A stretch of DNA of 64,000 bases from Blastococcus sp. (GCA_035999465.1 DASYGS010000011.1:14521-78520), one strand, 5' to 3'. Counted from the first letter of the stretch, positions 52,644-62,699 are shown. Program-made: numbers and translations. The notes: generated by a model not told the origin, from the letters alone.

Positions 52644-53573
52644 TCAGGCGGCCCAGTCCGGCGCCGGACCCAAGCCGAGCCGCCACCGGCCGGCCTGCTC
52701 CGAGGGACTCGACCCGCCCAACGCCAGGTTCATCGCCCGGAGCTGTAGCCGGGTCACCGTGAGCTGTCCGCGGCCGGGGAGCCCACGCCCGGCCCGGCCC
52801 GGCACGCCCGCCAGCGGAGCGATGGTGGGTGAGACCAGGAGCGCGGCGGCGCCGGAGAGGCCCGAGTAGACGACCCGCTCCGGGAGGCTGAGCCCAGGCG
52901 GGGCGGAGAGGAAGGTCAGCAGGTCCGCCGGCACCGGCTCCAGCACGGGGGCGTAGTCCGCCAGCGCCTCGGCCAGTTCCGACGCCGTCGTGGGCAGGTC
53001 GCCGGCCCCGAGCGCCTCCGCGCTGCGGGCCCAGTCTCCGACGTAGGCATCGGCCCACCGGGGACCGAACCGGCTCATGTCCCGGCCGACGGCGGCGTGG
53101 GCGGCCAGGAACGCGTCGGTGAAGGCCAGGTGCACCCAGCGCAGCAGTTCCGGGTCACCGGCCGCATAGGGGCGTCCGTCGTCGGTCGTGCCGAGGACCC
53201 GGCGGTGCATGCCCCGGACCCGGGCAGCCTCGCGTTCGGCGAGCTCGGCAGAGCCGAAGGTGCTGACCACCAACCAGCGTGCGGTGCCTGCCAGTCGCTT
53301 CCAAGGGTCCTCGCGGTAGGCCGAGTGCCGTTGGACACCGGCCAACGCCAGTGGATGCGCGCCCTGACCGAGGAGTGCAGCGACTCCGCCCACCAGCGTG
53401 GAGAGGTCGCCGTGCACCCGCCAGACGACACCGTCGGGCTCGAACCACCCCGGTCCCGTGCCGACGCGCGCGATGTCCCGTACCCAGTCCGGGGCACCGG
53501 TCGGGTCACCGGAGACGCGCGCGCGGAACGCCGCCCGGGTTCGGGCGGCCAGATCGGTGAGCAGGAGGACCAC
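52644..53573 (-). CDS. MpaB-like oxygenase (DUF2236) family protein
   Basis: GWFEPDGVVWRVHGD, HPLALAGV..HS.YREDPWKRL, YAAGDPELLRWVH. Confidence 0.85.
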   Translation of the reverse strand: MVLLLTDLAARTRAAFRARVSGDPTGAPDWVRDIARVGTGPGWFEPDGVVWRVHGDLSTLVGGVAALLGQGAHPLALAGVQRHSAYREDPWKRLAGTARWLVVSTFGSAELAEREAARVRGMHRRVLGTTDDGRPYAAGDPELLRWVHLAFTDAFLAAHAAVGRDMSRFGPRWADAYVGDWARSAEALGAGDLPTTASELAEALADYAPVLEPVPADLLTFLSAPPGLSLPERVVYSGLSGAAALLVSPTIAPLAGVPGRAGRGLPGRGQLTVTRLQLRAMNLALGGSSPSEQAGRWRLGLGPAPDWAA

Positions 53574-53582
53574 GTCCTCATC

Positions 53583-53609
53583 TTCGGCGTTGCCGGGTCG
53601 TCCGGATGC
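53583..53609 (-). promoter_or_regulatory. SigK-type ECF promoter upstream of the MpaB-like gene
   Basis: GCATCC-N16-CCGAA on the minus strand, close to the mycobacterial SigK motif CCATCC...CCGAA. Confidence 0.55.
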
Positions 53610-53743
53610 CACGTCGCGGGCTCGTCCGGCCCATCCTGCCGGCTGGACCAGCACCTGCCATCAGGAGCATGACCGGACGAGTCACTGACCAGTGCATTCC
53701 CTCGGGGTCGGGCCCGGCCCCCAGGCAGACCGCCTCGACAGGC

Positions 53744-53780
53744 CCATCTTCCCTCGAGGGCCATCTTCCCTCGAGGGAAG
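53744..53780. repeat. 17-bp tandem direct repeat with internal palindrome
   Basis: CCATCTTCCCTCGAGGG at 53744-53760 and 53761-53777; CTTCCCTCGAGGGAAG palindrome at 53765-53780. Confidence 0.8.
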
Positions 53781-53872
53781 GACGCCCGTCCCTGGGCTCC
53801 TGCTGTCCCGCCGTCGAACCTCAGACGCATTCTGATGTGCGCCAGGAGGTGAGTCGTCGTGGCCGCCGAGGC

Positions 53873-54670
53873 CTATCGGAGCCGGCCGCGGACGACCGAG
53901 TGGTCGGAGTGGGCGGGGTTGCCGTCGAGTTGCTGCACCGACACATCGATGACGGAGTAGGTGCCGAGGCTGAGACCGCCAGGCAGGGGCAGCGTCGTGG
54001 TGCCCTCGTGGAGCGCGCCGACGGCGACCATGCGGTCGAGCCCGGCGTCGGCGAGCCAGGCCTCGTAGTAGCCGCGCGCCACGGGGGGACCGTGCAGAGT
54101 CACCCGGAGGTCGAGGGTGTGGTCGGCCCGCTCGACGACGACGGCGGTTCCCGATGCCGCACCGCCGTCAACGGCTCGGAGCGGTGTGACCGCCACCGGT
54201 GTGCCTGCCGATCCGTGCGCGAGGGTCACCGCGCCGAGCGCAATGCCGGCCCCGAGCGCTGCTGCCGCCGATGCCGTGAGGATCAGTCGTCGTCGATAGT
54301 GCGGGACGCCCGTGCCGCCTCGTGCCCGCGGCTGGTCCCGGCGGAGCATGCCGTGTGTCCCGGCGACGTGCTCCGGTGATGGTTCGGGGCGTCGCGGCAC
54401 GGTCACAGCTGCGTCCTGCGTCACCGCCCGGTGCCGCCGCGGGGACATCTGAACTCCGGTCGCCGCGGCGATGGCCCGCCACACGTCGGCCGGTGGGACG
54501 ACCGCCGGGCCGGTCGCGGCGAGTTCCGGGACGGCGAGCGCATCGACGCTGCGCCGGAGCGCCGTGACCTCGGCCTGGCAGCTTGCGCACTGGTCGAGGT
54601 GCCGTGCGTCGTCGGCCGGCAACGCTTCCCCGAGGGCGGCGAGGGCCAGCTGCTCAGGCGTGCAGTGCAT
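53873..54670 (-). CDS. RskA-like transmembrane anti-sigma factor
   Basis: HLDQCASC ZAS motif, PPADVW, TM helix, GYYEAWL...IDVSVQ...GNPAHS. Confidence 0.85.
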   Translation of the reverse strand: MHCTPEQLALAALGEALPADDARHLDQCASCQAEVTALRRSVDALAVPELAATGPAVVPPADVWRAIAAATGVQMSPRRHRAVTQDAAVTVPRRPEPSPEHVAGTHGMLRRDQPRARGGTGVPHYRRRLILTASAAAALGAGIALGAVTLAHGSAGTPVAVTPLRAVDGGAASGTAVVVERADHTLDLRVTLHGPPVARGYYEAWLADAGLDRMVAVGALHEGTTTLPLPGGLSLGTYSVIDVSVQQLDGNPAHSDHSVVRGRLR

Positions 54671-55313
54671 CGTCCCCCTCCAATCGGTCGCGCAGGCGTT
54701 CGAGGGTGCGCCGGATGTGACTCTTCACCGTGCCCAGCGGCAGCCCGGTGCGGGCGGCGATCTGGGCGTGGGTCAGATCCTCGAAGAAGGCCAACTCGAT
54801 GATGCCTCGCTGGGGTTGGTCCAGCCGGTCCAACTCGTCGAGCAGGAGCAACCGGTCGGCGACGCGGCTGTCGACGGGGGCCGAGGATGTCGCGGTCACG
54901 TCACGCGCGGCCGTTGCGGCGGCGGCCGCGCTGCGGCGAGCGCGGTCCCGGCCGACGAAGGCGTCGGCAATGCGGTGGCGGCAGATGCCCACCAGCCATC
55001 CGACCAGCGTGCCCCGGGCCGCGCTGTAACCCGTGCGACCGGACCAGGCCGAGACGAACGTCTGCTGGGTGATGTCCTCGGCGTCCGGGCCGGGCCCGAC
55101 CGCGCGCACGGCCATGCCGTGGACCGTCGCCGCCCACCTTTCGTAGGCCCAGACCAGCGCCTGTTCGTCGCCCGCGGCGAACCGGCGGGCGATCTCGTCG
55201 TCGTCCGGCTCCCGGGGGTCGGCGAACGCCGGCCCGTCCTGGACCACCATCTCGGTGACGGTAGAGCGCGAGGGCGTGGCGAAGGATGCTTGCGAGCGCC
55301 CAGCGACGCTCAC
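54654..55313 (-). CDS. ECF sigma factor (SigK-like)
   Basis: AEDITQQTFVSAW, RG.L.GWL, LAFFEDLTHAQIA.RTGLPLGTVKSHIRR; start 55313 (GTGA overlap) or 55250. Confidence 0.88.
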   Translation of the reverse strand: MSVAGRSQASFATPSRSTVTEMVVQDGPAFADPREPDDDEIARRFAAGDEQALVWAYERWAATVHGMAVRAVGPGPDAEDITQQTFVSAWSGRTGYSAARGTLVGWLVGICRHRIADAFVGRDRARRSAAAAATAARDVTATSSAPVDSRVADRLLLLDELDRLDQPQRGIIELAFFEDLTHAQIAARTGLPLGTVKSHIRRTLERLRDRLEGDDALHA

Positions 55314-55978
55314 GACGCCCGAACGGCCACGACGACCAGGTTGTCCCGGTAGCTGCGCAGACGCTCGTCGAACGGCCCGCCACACGTCAGCAGCACGAGC
55401 CGGGACGGCCCGGACCGGGCGAACAGCTCTGGCAGAGGCAGGTGCTGCTTGACCACCAGTTGGCGTGTCACCACCTGCCACCGGGTGATCCGTCCGGCCG
55501 CGTCGTCGACCGTGATGCGTTGGCCCGGCTCGACCGCCCGCAGCCGGCCCAGCGCACCGAGTCCCTGGTTCCAGCTGTCGACGTGGCCGGCCAGGACCGC
55601 CGAGCCCTGCGGCTGCCCGGGAACCGGACCGAACCGGTACCAGCCGACCCGGTGGACGTCGTCGGGAAGTTGCAGGAGCCCGTCCGGGGTGACACCTACC
55701 GGTTCGATCGGTGCGTCGATCCCGACGTCGGGGACGACGAGTCGCACGGGGGCGGCGCTCGGCGTGGCCGGCGTGGGGTCGGCGGGGCGGATGAGCACGT
55801 CGGATGTGCCGGAACCCGATCGCGGGCCGGTCGACGGCGGAACGGGATCCGTCGTGACGACCGAGGCGAGGGGTGGCCCCGCCGCCGCCGGCGGGCGGGT
55901 GCCGGCCCAGACCGCGGGTGTCCCCACGGCCAGGGCCAGGCCACCGGCCAGGACGACGACGGCGGGGCGCAACCGCAT
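55310..55978 (-). CDS. Class F sortase
   Basis: N-terminal anchor, VGWY, AVLAGHVD, LVLLTCGG, YRDN. Confidence 0.9.
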   Translation of the reverse strand: MRLRPAVVVLAGGLALAVGTPAVWAGTRPPAAAGPPLASVVTTDPVPPSTGPRSGSGTSDVLIRPADPTPATPSAAPVRLVVPDVGIDAPIEPVGVTPDGLLQLPDDVHRVGWYRFGPVPGQPQGSAVLAGHVDSWNQGLGALGRLRAVEPGQRITVDDAAGRITRWQVVTRQLVVKQHLPLPELFARSGPSRLVLLTCGGPFDERLRSYRDNLVVVAVRAS

Positions 55979-55993
55979 GGTTGTCTCCGCCTC

Positions 55994-56803
55994 TCAGCGC
56001 CGGCGTGCGGTCAGCCGCAGTCCAGCGGCCCCTGCGACGAGCAGGCCGGCCAGCGAGATGCCGGCGACCAGAGGCGGCGTCCGGTCGCTGACCAGGCCGC
56101 CGGACCCGGCCGGCACCCCGGACGGTGCCGAGGACATGCCCGAGAGCTTCTGCACGGCCAACTTGTAGCCCGCCGACTGGGAGCCCCAGGCGTAGACCAC
56201 GGTGCTCGTGCCCTCGGCCAGATCGAGATCGGCCGGGCCGATGGCGACGGTGCTGGTCCCGGCGAGGACGACGTCGGCCTTGACCGTGCCGGCGGCCACG
56301 ACGAGCGTCTTCTCGTTCGGGTTGGTCAGTCCCGTGATCACCGGAGTGCCGTTCGCCCGCACGTCCACGGCCGGTGCCGCGGCCACGTGCCGGACGGTGA
56401 CCCGCGCCTTGCCTGCCGGCACCGACGAGACGTCGTTGACGAACGCATTGAGGGTGGGCTTGCCCTGCGCGTCGAGGTTGGCCACGAGGGTGGCGTTCAC
56501 CCCGGCCGGCACGGACACGCCTTTCGCCTCGGCCGCCGGCTTGGTGGTAGATGGGTTCGCGCCGGCCGGGAAGATGGCGATGTCGTAGCTGCCGGACGGC
56601 ACGGACATCGGGTCGGTGAGGGTGCCTGGGGCGAAGTTCGACAGCAGCTTCTGCCCGTTGGCGTAGACGTCGACGGTCACGCCCGGTACCGCGTGCAGCA
56701 CCGACACCGTTGCAGTGCTGGCGGCGGACGCGGGGCCGACGCCCAGCCCGACTGCGAGGAGCGCGAGTACGGCGGCGAGACCGAAGAAGCGAGCTCGGAT
56801 CAC
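55994..56803 (-). CDS. DUF4397 secreted protein with sortase sorting signal
   Basis: Signal peptide, VLHAVPG..VDVYANG and VRHVAAAPAVDV repeats, C-terminal VPAG-TM-RRR. Confidence 0.85.
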   Translation of the reverse strand: MIRARFFGLAAVLALLAVGLGVGPASAASTATVSVLHAVPGVTVDVYANGQKLLSNFAPGTLTDPMSVPSGSYDIAIFPAGANPSTTKPAAEAKGVSVPAGVNATLVANLDAQGKPTLNAFVNDVSSVPAGKARVTVRHVAAAPAVDVRANGTPVITGLTNPNEKTLVVAAGTVKADVVLAGTSTVAIGPADLDLAEGTSTVVYAWGSQSAGYKLAVQKLSGMSSAPSGVPAGSGGLVSDRTPPLVAGISLAGLLVAGAAGLRLTARRR

Positions 56804-56922
56804 GGGTGGTCCCTTCGTGGGGTGGTCTGACACCCCTTCTGCCGTGTCAGCCCTCCATTTGGATGCACCCCGTTCCCTGGAACACGATCGACAGCTCGTG
56901 AGCGGTCGGATCCCCGAGGGTG

Positions 56923-57183
56923 GAGGAAGTAGGCGGCCTCGCCATCGATGAACCGCACGTCGATGCTGCGCAGCTGATCGACGAGGAACCGTGTGGGAAT
57001 TCCGCCCAGCTCGATCTCGGGCCGGAAGACGGCCGGCTGTGCCTGCGTCGAGGTCGGCGCGATCGTGGCGACTCTCCACGCCATGTCGGTCGGGCTCAGG
57101 ACGAGGCCGCAGCGCCGGCCGCGTTGCTCGTGCCCACGGCGTGCCTCGCCGAGGTCGACCCGGTAGACGCCGCCGCGGATCAC
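56923..57183 (-). pseudogene. PemK/MazF family toxin, 3'-truncated
   Basis: VIRGGVYRVDLGEARRGHEQRGRR, APTSTQAQPAVFRPE, LVDQLRSID; similarity appears to end at YFL before the terminal helix. Confidence 0.75.
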
Positions 57184-57379
57184 CAAGCGTCGGTCTCGCC
57201 GGACAGGTCTTCGCCGCCAGTCGCTCGGCCGCGGCACGAGCTCGCGCGAGCCACGCTTCACGGTCCAGAAGGCGGAGCGCTCGGCGGATGACGTCGGCCG
57301 TTCGCTCGTCGGCCCGTATCGCCTCACGCAGGATCCGCTCGTCCTCCTCGGTCGGGGGGAATCCGATGGTCTTGCTCAC
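57180..57379 (-). pseudogene. PemI-like antitoxin with 1-bp frameshift
   Basis: VSKTIGFPPTEEDERIL...DVIRRALRLLD; acidic tail EDLSGETDAW* lies in another frame; span is 200 nt. Confidence 0.7.
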
Positions 57380-57459
57380 CGGGCGACGTCAAACGGCTGT
57401 TCTACCGTCTCGACCGGCGGGTGCTCGCCTCGGCGGTGCCCTACGGCACCATCTCGGGT

Positions 57460-57573
57460 GTGCCGACACTCCGCATCGCCCAGGACGACGCCGCCGATGA
57501 ACTGCTCGGCCGTGATCCGCTGGCCCTGCTGATCGGGATGCTGCTCGACCAGCACTTTGGTTCAGGAGCATAA
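57460..57573 (+). pseudogene. 5' fragment of an HhH-GPD-type DNA repair gene (possible att junction)
   Basis: VPTLRIAQDDAADELLGRDPLALLIGMLLDQ then an unrelated AT-richer tail HFGSGA*. Confidence 0.72.
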
Positions 57574-57978
57574 CGCGCGGGCCGCTGACCAGGCTCTTCT
57601 CTCTTGACCGAATGGTCTTGGGCACGCCGGCGCCCACCCCTCACCCGGGTCGGACCACTGCCTTGACCAGTGCATGGCCTCGCCAGCCCCCGGCCAGCGC
57701 GTCAGGTGATCGAGGGGGGACTTCGGCCCGCTGACGTGGGCGATTGCCCACCCAGCGCCTTGACGCTGGAGCACGGGTGGCGCGGGGTCATCTCTCACGA
57801 CGAGGCGCCCGAGGTCCTCAGCTACCCGGCAGACTCCGCCGGGTGCAGTAGGAGCGGGGTGCGCGGGTCGCGCGGGCCACGGCGGAGCTGGCTCCCGCCT
57901 GCCATCGGGAGTGGCTGCCCGCGCTCGCATTCGCCGCGCAGGCGGGCTGAGGTGGCGCGAAGGACGCCCGCCCAGACC

Positions 57979-58200
57979 GCGGCAGCATTCTGGGACCGCG
58001 TCACCGAGTGCGGCGGACAACCCGCGCCTGGAGGCGCCTACATCAACGACCACACCGCCGTGGCCCTGATCTGCGCGGCCGGGCATCCGCGCTCCCCTCG
58101 GCCTCTCCACGTCCTACAGGGCAAGGGCATCTGCCGCCGGGGCGCAGGCCAGGACCCGGCCGCGGCCGCGTTCTGGATTCGGGTGGCCGAGCGCCGCGTG
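57979..58200 (+). pseudogene. Remnant of a zinc-ribbon-like repeat protein
   Basis: AAAFWDRV.ECGG...CAAGH...GKGICRRG followed by a second AAAFWIRVAE repeat start. Confidence 0.4.
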
Positions 58201-58468
58201 CTCGCGGGCGCAGACAGGGGCGGCCAGGGCCTGACCGGCCCGGCTGGCGTAGCCGGGGCATGCCGGCGTCGAGGTCACAGCGGCCGGGCTTCGAGAAGAC
58301 CGTCGGTGTCCAGCGGCACGGTGTCCGTCGGCCAGCCGACGCTCGTGGTCGGCGCGGCGACCGGCCAGCGGGCGCCGAGCAGCTTCTTCAGCACGCGGCG
58401 CGTGCCACGGAGGTAGGTGCCGCGCAAGATTACCGAGCAGACCGGCGCTGGCCGCCCCACGCCACCCG

Positions 58469-58837
58469 CTACTGGCGATCGAGGGAGGGAGCGCCGCTCC
58501 GCGGCTGCAGATGAGCCCCGCCGTCCTGTTGAGGCCGGGCGGCGCTGACGTCGATACGGGCCCGGACGTGCTTGCGGCCAGCGTGCACGACCCAGCCGTG
58601 TGCCGCTGCCATCCGGGCCACCATGTACAGGCCCAGGCCGCCGGTCGCGGCGTCACGACCGACGGCCGTTCTTGGCGGCCGGTCGACCGCTGCGTCCGAG
58701 ACAACAAGCAGCCAGCCGGCGGCGGCGATGGTCACGACCACCTGCACCGGCGCTTCGCCATGCCCTAGCCCATTGGAGGCGAGCTCCTCGAAGGCGAGCA
58801 GCAACCGATCGACGTCGTCGTCGGTGGCGGCGGGCAT
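58469..58837 (-). CDS. RsbW-like HATPase anti-sigma factor (5' part possibly frameshifted, homology to ~58980)
   Basis: RLLLAFEELASNGL.H, VSD, GGLGLYMVAR, HGW...KHV. Confidence 0.75.
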   Translation of the reverse strand: MPAATDDDVDRLLLAFEELASNGLGHGEAPVQVVVTIAAAGWLLVVSDAAVDRPPRTAVGRDAATGGLGLYMVARMAAAHGWVVHAGRKHVRARIDVSAARPQQDGGAHLQPRSGAPSLDRQ

Positions 58838-59308
58838 GGCGCTGCCGCGCAGTGTGGCGGCCAGCCGACGCCGAAGCAGGGTCAGGTCGCCGGGGCTGAC
58901 CGGGTCACCCCGCCACGTCGCCTCGGGCCCGGCGGCCGGGTCCGGCAGCGGCCGCTGCTGCCACGATCGGACCGCCCGCCACCGACTACCGGCTCGGACA
59001 TCCGGACACCCCGGCGTCGCCGGCCGCAGCCGCGGCGTGCCGGCCCCGGCTCCGGACCCGGCGGCTAAGACGCGTGGCCACGGCGCGTGCTGTAGTCACC
59101 GCAGCCCCCTTACGGTGAAGGTGAGATGGGGCCAACGTCCTTGTTTTCACACGGGGCGTGGACATGTGCGATGCGTTAGGGCCGCGCCGGGACCGGCGAG
59201 GTCGAGAGTCCGCACCTCGTCCGGGCCGCGGCACCCCTGCCAAGCTGCTCCATCCGGCTAATCCATCTGCACATCGGGGAGGTTGCGCCTTCCCGGCAAG
59301 GACACGGC

Positions 59309-60760
59309 ATGGCTCTCAACGGCGACACCACGCAGCTCCCCAACTCGCTTGCCGGAATCACCCTCCGCCCGAGCGATCCCGGGTTCGCCGAAGCGCGGGC
59401 TGCGGCGGTCTGGAACGGGGACATCGGCCGTCAGCCGGCGCTCATCGTGCAACCGACCTCGAACGCCGAGGTGGCCGACGTCCTGGCCTTCGCCCGCGCC
59501 CAGGGCGCCGATCTGACCGTGCGCGGCGGAGGTCACAGCTTCTCCGGCAACGCCGTCGCCGACGGGGCCATCATGATCGATCTGTCGCGACTCAATGGTG
59601 TCCGGGTGGATCCGGAGCAGCGCCGGGCGTACGTCGGCGGCGGGGCGGCGTGGGCTGCGGTGGACGCAGCGACCGCCGAACACGGGCTCGCGGTCGTGGG
59701 GGGAACCATCAGCCACACCGGGGTGGCGGGCCTGACCTTGAGCGGGGGAATGGGATGGCTGACCAACGCGCAGGGACTCAGCAGCGACAACCTTCTCGCG
59801 GCCACGATGGTGACCGCTGACGGCCGCACAGTCACCGCATCGGAGACCGAAAACGCGGACCTGTTCTGGGGCCTGCGCGGCGCAGGCACCAACTTCGGTG
59901 TCGTCACCGAGTTCGTCTTCCGACTGCACGAGCTCAACCCGATGGCCAACCTCGGGCTCTTCTTCTGGCGACCGGAGGACGCTCGGGAACCGCTGCGGTT
60001 CGCGCGGGACTACGTCTTCGAGCTCCCTGCCGGGATGGGCGTGCTGTTGGCGGGCCTGTCCGCGCCGCCGGCGCCGTTCGTGCCGCCCGAGTACCACGGT
60101 CTCACCGGGATGGCCGTGCTGATCGCGAGCTGGGGCGGCGCGGAGGAGCACGCCGCGGCGGTGCAGCCGCTGCGTGACCACGGACCGCTGTTCGAGCTGG
60201 TGACACCGATCCCCTACGTGGCGTTGCAGCAGATGCTCGACGAGAGCGCCCCGTGGGGTGCCCGGGGTTATGAGAAGGCGCTCAACCTCATGGAGCTCTC
60301 GGATGATGCGATCGACGTCGTCCTGGAGTGGCTACCTCGGAAGGCGTCACCGATGTCGTTCATGCCGGTGTTCCCGCTCTCCGGCGCTTTCCACGACATC
60401 GCCGACGACGCCACCGGGTTCGGCGGCTCCAGGGCGACCCGGTGGGTCATCAACGTCGCCGCGATGGCACCGGACGCGGACACGGTCGCACGGGACCGGG
60501 CTTGGGTGCGGGACTTCATCGAGGCGTTGCGGCCCTACGCCTCTGACGAGGGCACCTACCTCAACTTCCTGGCCGATGCCGACGAGGACCGGGTGCGCAG
60601 CTCCTACGGAGAGGCCAAGTACCGCCGCCTGTCCGCGCTGAAGGCCAAATGGGATCCGGACAACGTCTTCCGCCACAACCCGAACATCCGCCCCGCGGGT
60701 GTCCAGACGCCCATCCCACGCCAGGCCGCGGAAGAGGCAACTTCCTTGCGTGCCACTTGA
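59309..60760 (+). CDS. FAD-binding oxidoreductase (berberine-bridge/VAO family)
   Basis: [43 protein letters not shown]. Confidence 0.92.
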   Translation: MALNGDTTQLPNSLAGITLRPSDPGFAEARAAAVWNGDIGRQPALIVQPTSNAEVADVLAFARAQGADLTVRGGGHSFSGNAVADGAIMIDLSRLNGVRVDPEQRRAYVGGGAAWAAVDAATAEHGLAVVGGTISHTGVAGLTLSGGMGWLTNAQGLSSDNLLAATMVTADGRTVTASETENADLFWGLRGAGTNFGVVTEFVFRLHELNPMANLGLFFWRPEDAREPLRFARDYVFELPAGMGVLLAGLSAPPAPFVPPEYHGLTGMAVLIASWGGAEEHAAAVQPLRDHGPLFELVTPIPYVALQQMLDESAPWGARGYEKALNLMELSDDAIDVVLEWLPRKASPMSFMPVFPLSGAFHDIADDATGFGGSRATRWVINVAAMAPDADTVARDRAWVRDFIEALRPYASDEGTYLNFLADADEDRVRSSYGEAKYRRLSALKAKWDPDNVFRHNPNIRPAGVQTPIPRQAAEEATSLRAT

Positions 60761-60850
60761 CCGCTCCACGGGCACGGCGAATACGGCGGTCCCTATCGGC
60801 GATGTCCTTTGGTCCGGCGAGGTGTCTGACAGTTGGTGACGCCGAGACTC

Positions 60851-61330
60851 CTAGAGCGGGTCGGAAACTCCCACTGGCGGACCCACGAACTCGACCCAGT
60901 TGGCATGCCCGACGGCGGCGAGCTTCTCCGATTCCACCGGGCCGGGCAGCAGCTCGGCGAACTGCTCGAAGAAGCGCTCCAGCCCCGATGGCGTGGTGAT
61001 CACCAGCAACCGCCCTGGCGCGTCACCGATGTTCTGGAAGCAGTGCGGCGCGCCGCGTGGACCGAAGGCCATGCCGCCAGTCGACGCCTGGAGCAAGGCA
61101 TCACCCGCCTTGAACCGGAACTCACCCTCGATGACGTACCACAGCTCGTCCTCACGGACGTGGGTGTGCAGTGCCGGCCCCTGCTTCGGTCCGATCAGGA
61201 ACTCGAGCACTGTCAGCGAGCCGTTGGTCTGCTGGGTGTCCGCCTTGATCGTGACCAGGTCGCCGATGGGAGTTTCCAATGCCATGCCGTCGCCGGACTG
61301 CACGGCGAAGGGCGGGACGAATGCAGACAT
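60851..61330 (-). CDS. Cupin domain protein (quercetin dioxygenase-like)
   Basis: PALHTHVREDE...G, PRGAPH; RBS GAGGAG. Confidence 0.88.
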   Translation of the reverse strand: MSAFVPPFAVQSGDGMALETPIGDLVTIKADTQQTNGSLTVLEFLIGPKQGPALHTHVREDELWYVIEGEFRFKAGDALLQASTGGMAFGPRGAPHCFQNIGDAPGRLLVITTPSGLERFFEQFAELLPGPVESEKLAAVGHANWVEFVGPPVGVSDPL

Positions 61331-61664
61331 AAGCTCCTCCTCGTTTAGGCAACCACGCTAGGCCGCAGACCGTGCCATCGTGTCCGGGTTCTACGGGCCA
61401 GACGCTCGACGGGGCCCCTCGGATCACGGAGCCGAGGGGCCCGTCGGCCTGTTCAGGTGTCAGGCGTGCCCGGGGAGGGCCTGGCGGCTTGCGGGGCGCC
61501 CTCGGGGAGCGGCTATGCCGCCAGGCTCAGCGGGGTGAACACCACGGTCGTGCCGCTCACCGTCACCCGGCAGGGGCTCGGTGGGTGGATGCTGACGAAG
61601 GCCAGGTCGAGGGGAGCCCCCAGGCCCCGCAGTTGCGGCAGCTGCCGAACAGCCGGCACTGTCG

Positions 61665-61895
61665 GTGCATGTCGATCACCGGACCGGCCGGGTCGCGGTG
61701 GTCCGGCGGCGCACCGCGCATCTGGTGCACGACGCGATCACCGTGGTGCTGCAGAGCAGCCGCATCCGGTGGCTGGTCGACGTCACCGGACTGACCGCCG
61801 ACCAGACCGGGTTGCGGGTGCTGGGTGGCGTCTACCGTCGGATGCTGGGCGGTGGCCGCCAGATGATCCTGCTCGGCGCCTCCCCCGGGGTCTGA
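61665..61895 (+). pseudogene. Degenerate STAS-like (anti-anti-sigma) protein
   Basis: RRTAHLVHDAI, WLVDVTGLT, GLRVL..YRR, LLGASP; ends early. Confidence 0.5.
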
Positions 61896-62132
61896 CCCGG
61901 CCGCGGGGACCTACCGTGCTCACGACGAGGAGCGCGAGTTCCACAGCTCCCCGCGGCGTGTCTCTTGGATGCCTGGCGGTGGGGCGCGGACCGACGCAGG
62001 GTGGCGCGGGTAATGGCTCATGTGTCTTCCTCGGCGGGGCGGTTCGGGTGGAACCGGCGGCGGTGAGGAGCCGATTGCCGTGGGTCGCCTCGCCAGAGCA
62101 ATGTGGACGCCGGCTACGGCTGGGCGGCGGTG

Positions 62133-62528
62133 CTAGGCAGCCGCGACCAGCTCGATCTCGACCAGCAGGTCGGGCAGCGCCAGCCCGCTGACCTGGAGCA
62201 GTGTTCCCGCGGCGCGGCACCCGGCGGCGGTCAGCCGCTCGGTGAAGGTGGACAGCGCGGCGAAGTACTGGGCCAGGTCGGTGACGTAGACCCGGAGCTG
62301 GACGACATCGGACAGCCGTAGTCCGGCTGCGTCGAGCACCTGCTCGGCGTTGTCCAGGGCCTGCAGCAGCTGCTTGGCCATCTCGCCCGGGTGCTGCGGG
62401 CGGCCCTGGGCGTCCACGCTGCACTGGCCGGCCACGTACACGTGACGGCTAGGGATGTGGATGTCGATGCCCTGGACGTAGCCGTAGTCGGCCTGCCAGG
62501 TCCACGGGTTGACGATGCTGCGGTACAT
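62133..62528 (-). CDS. RidA/YjgF family protein
   Basis: YVAGQ, N.EQVL.AAG....DVV....YVTD, LLVEIE; RBS AGGAG. Confidence 0.88.
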   Translation of the reverse strand: MYRSIVNPWTWQADYGYVQGIDIHIPSRHVYVAGQCSVDAQGRPQHPGEMAKQLLQALDNAEQVLDAAGLRLSDVVQLRVYVTDLAQYFAALSTFTERLTAAGCRAAGTLLQVSGLALPDLLVEIELVAAA

Positions 62529-62699
62529 GATCGGCTCCTGCCGTGGTGGGTGAGCCAGCTGCCTGTCGCGGGGCTCGGCTCACCGTGGGTGAGGACACCC
62601 ACCGTGGGCGAGCGCGCTTGCGTCCGGCTTCCGGACGGTTTGCACTCCGCGGCGGCAACCCGGTGGACGGCGCCGCCGGCGCGGGCCAGACTTCCCGCC

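Noticed and set aside
55994-57379. Antitoxin-DUF4397 fusion protein (461 aa)
   Set aside because: Produced by the antitoxin frameshift; DUF4397 has its own signal peptide and start at 56803
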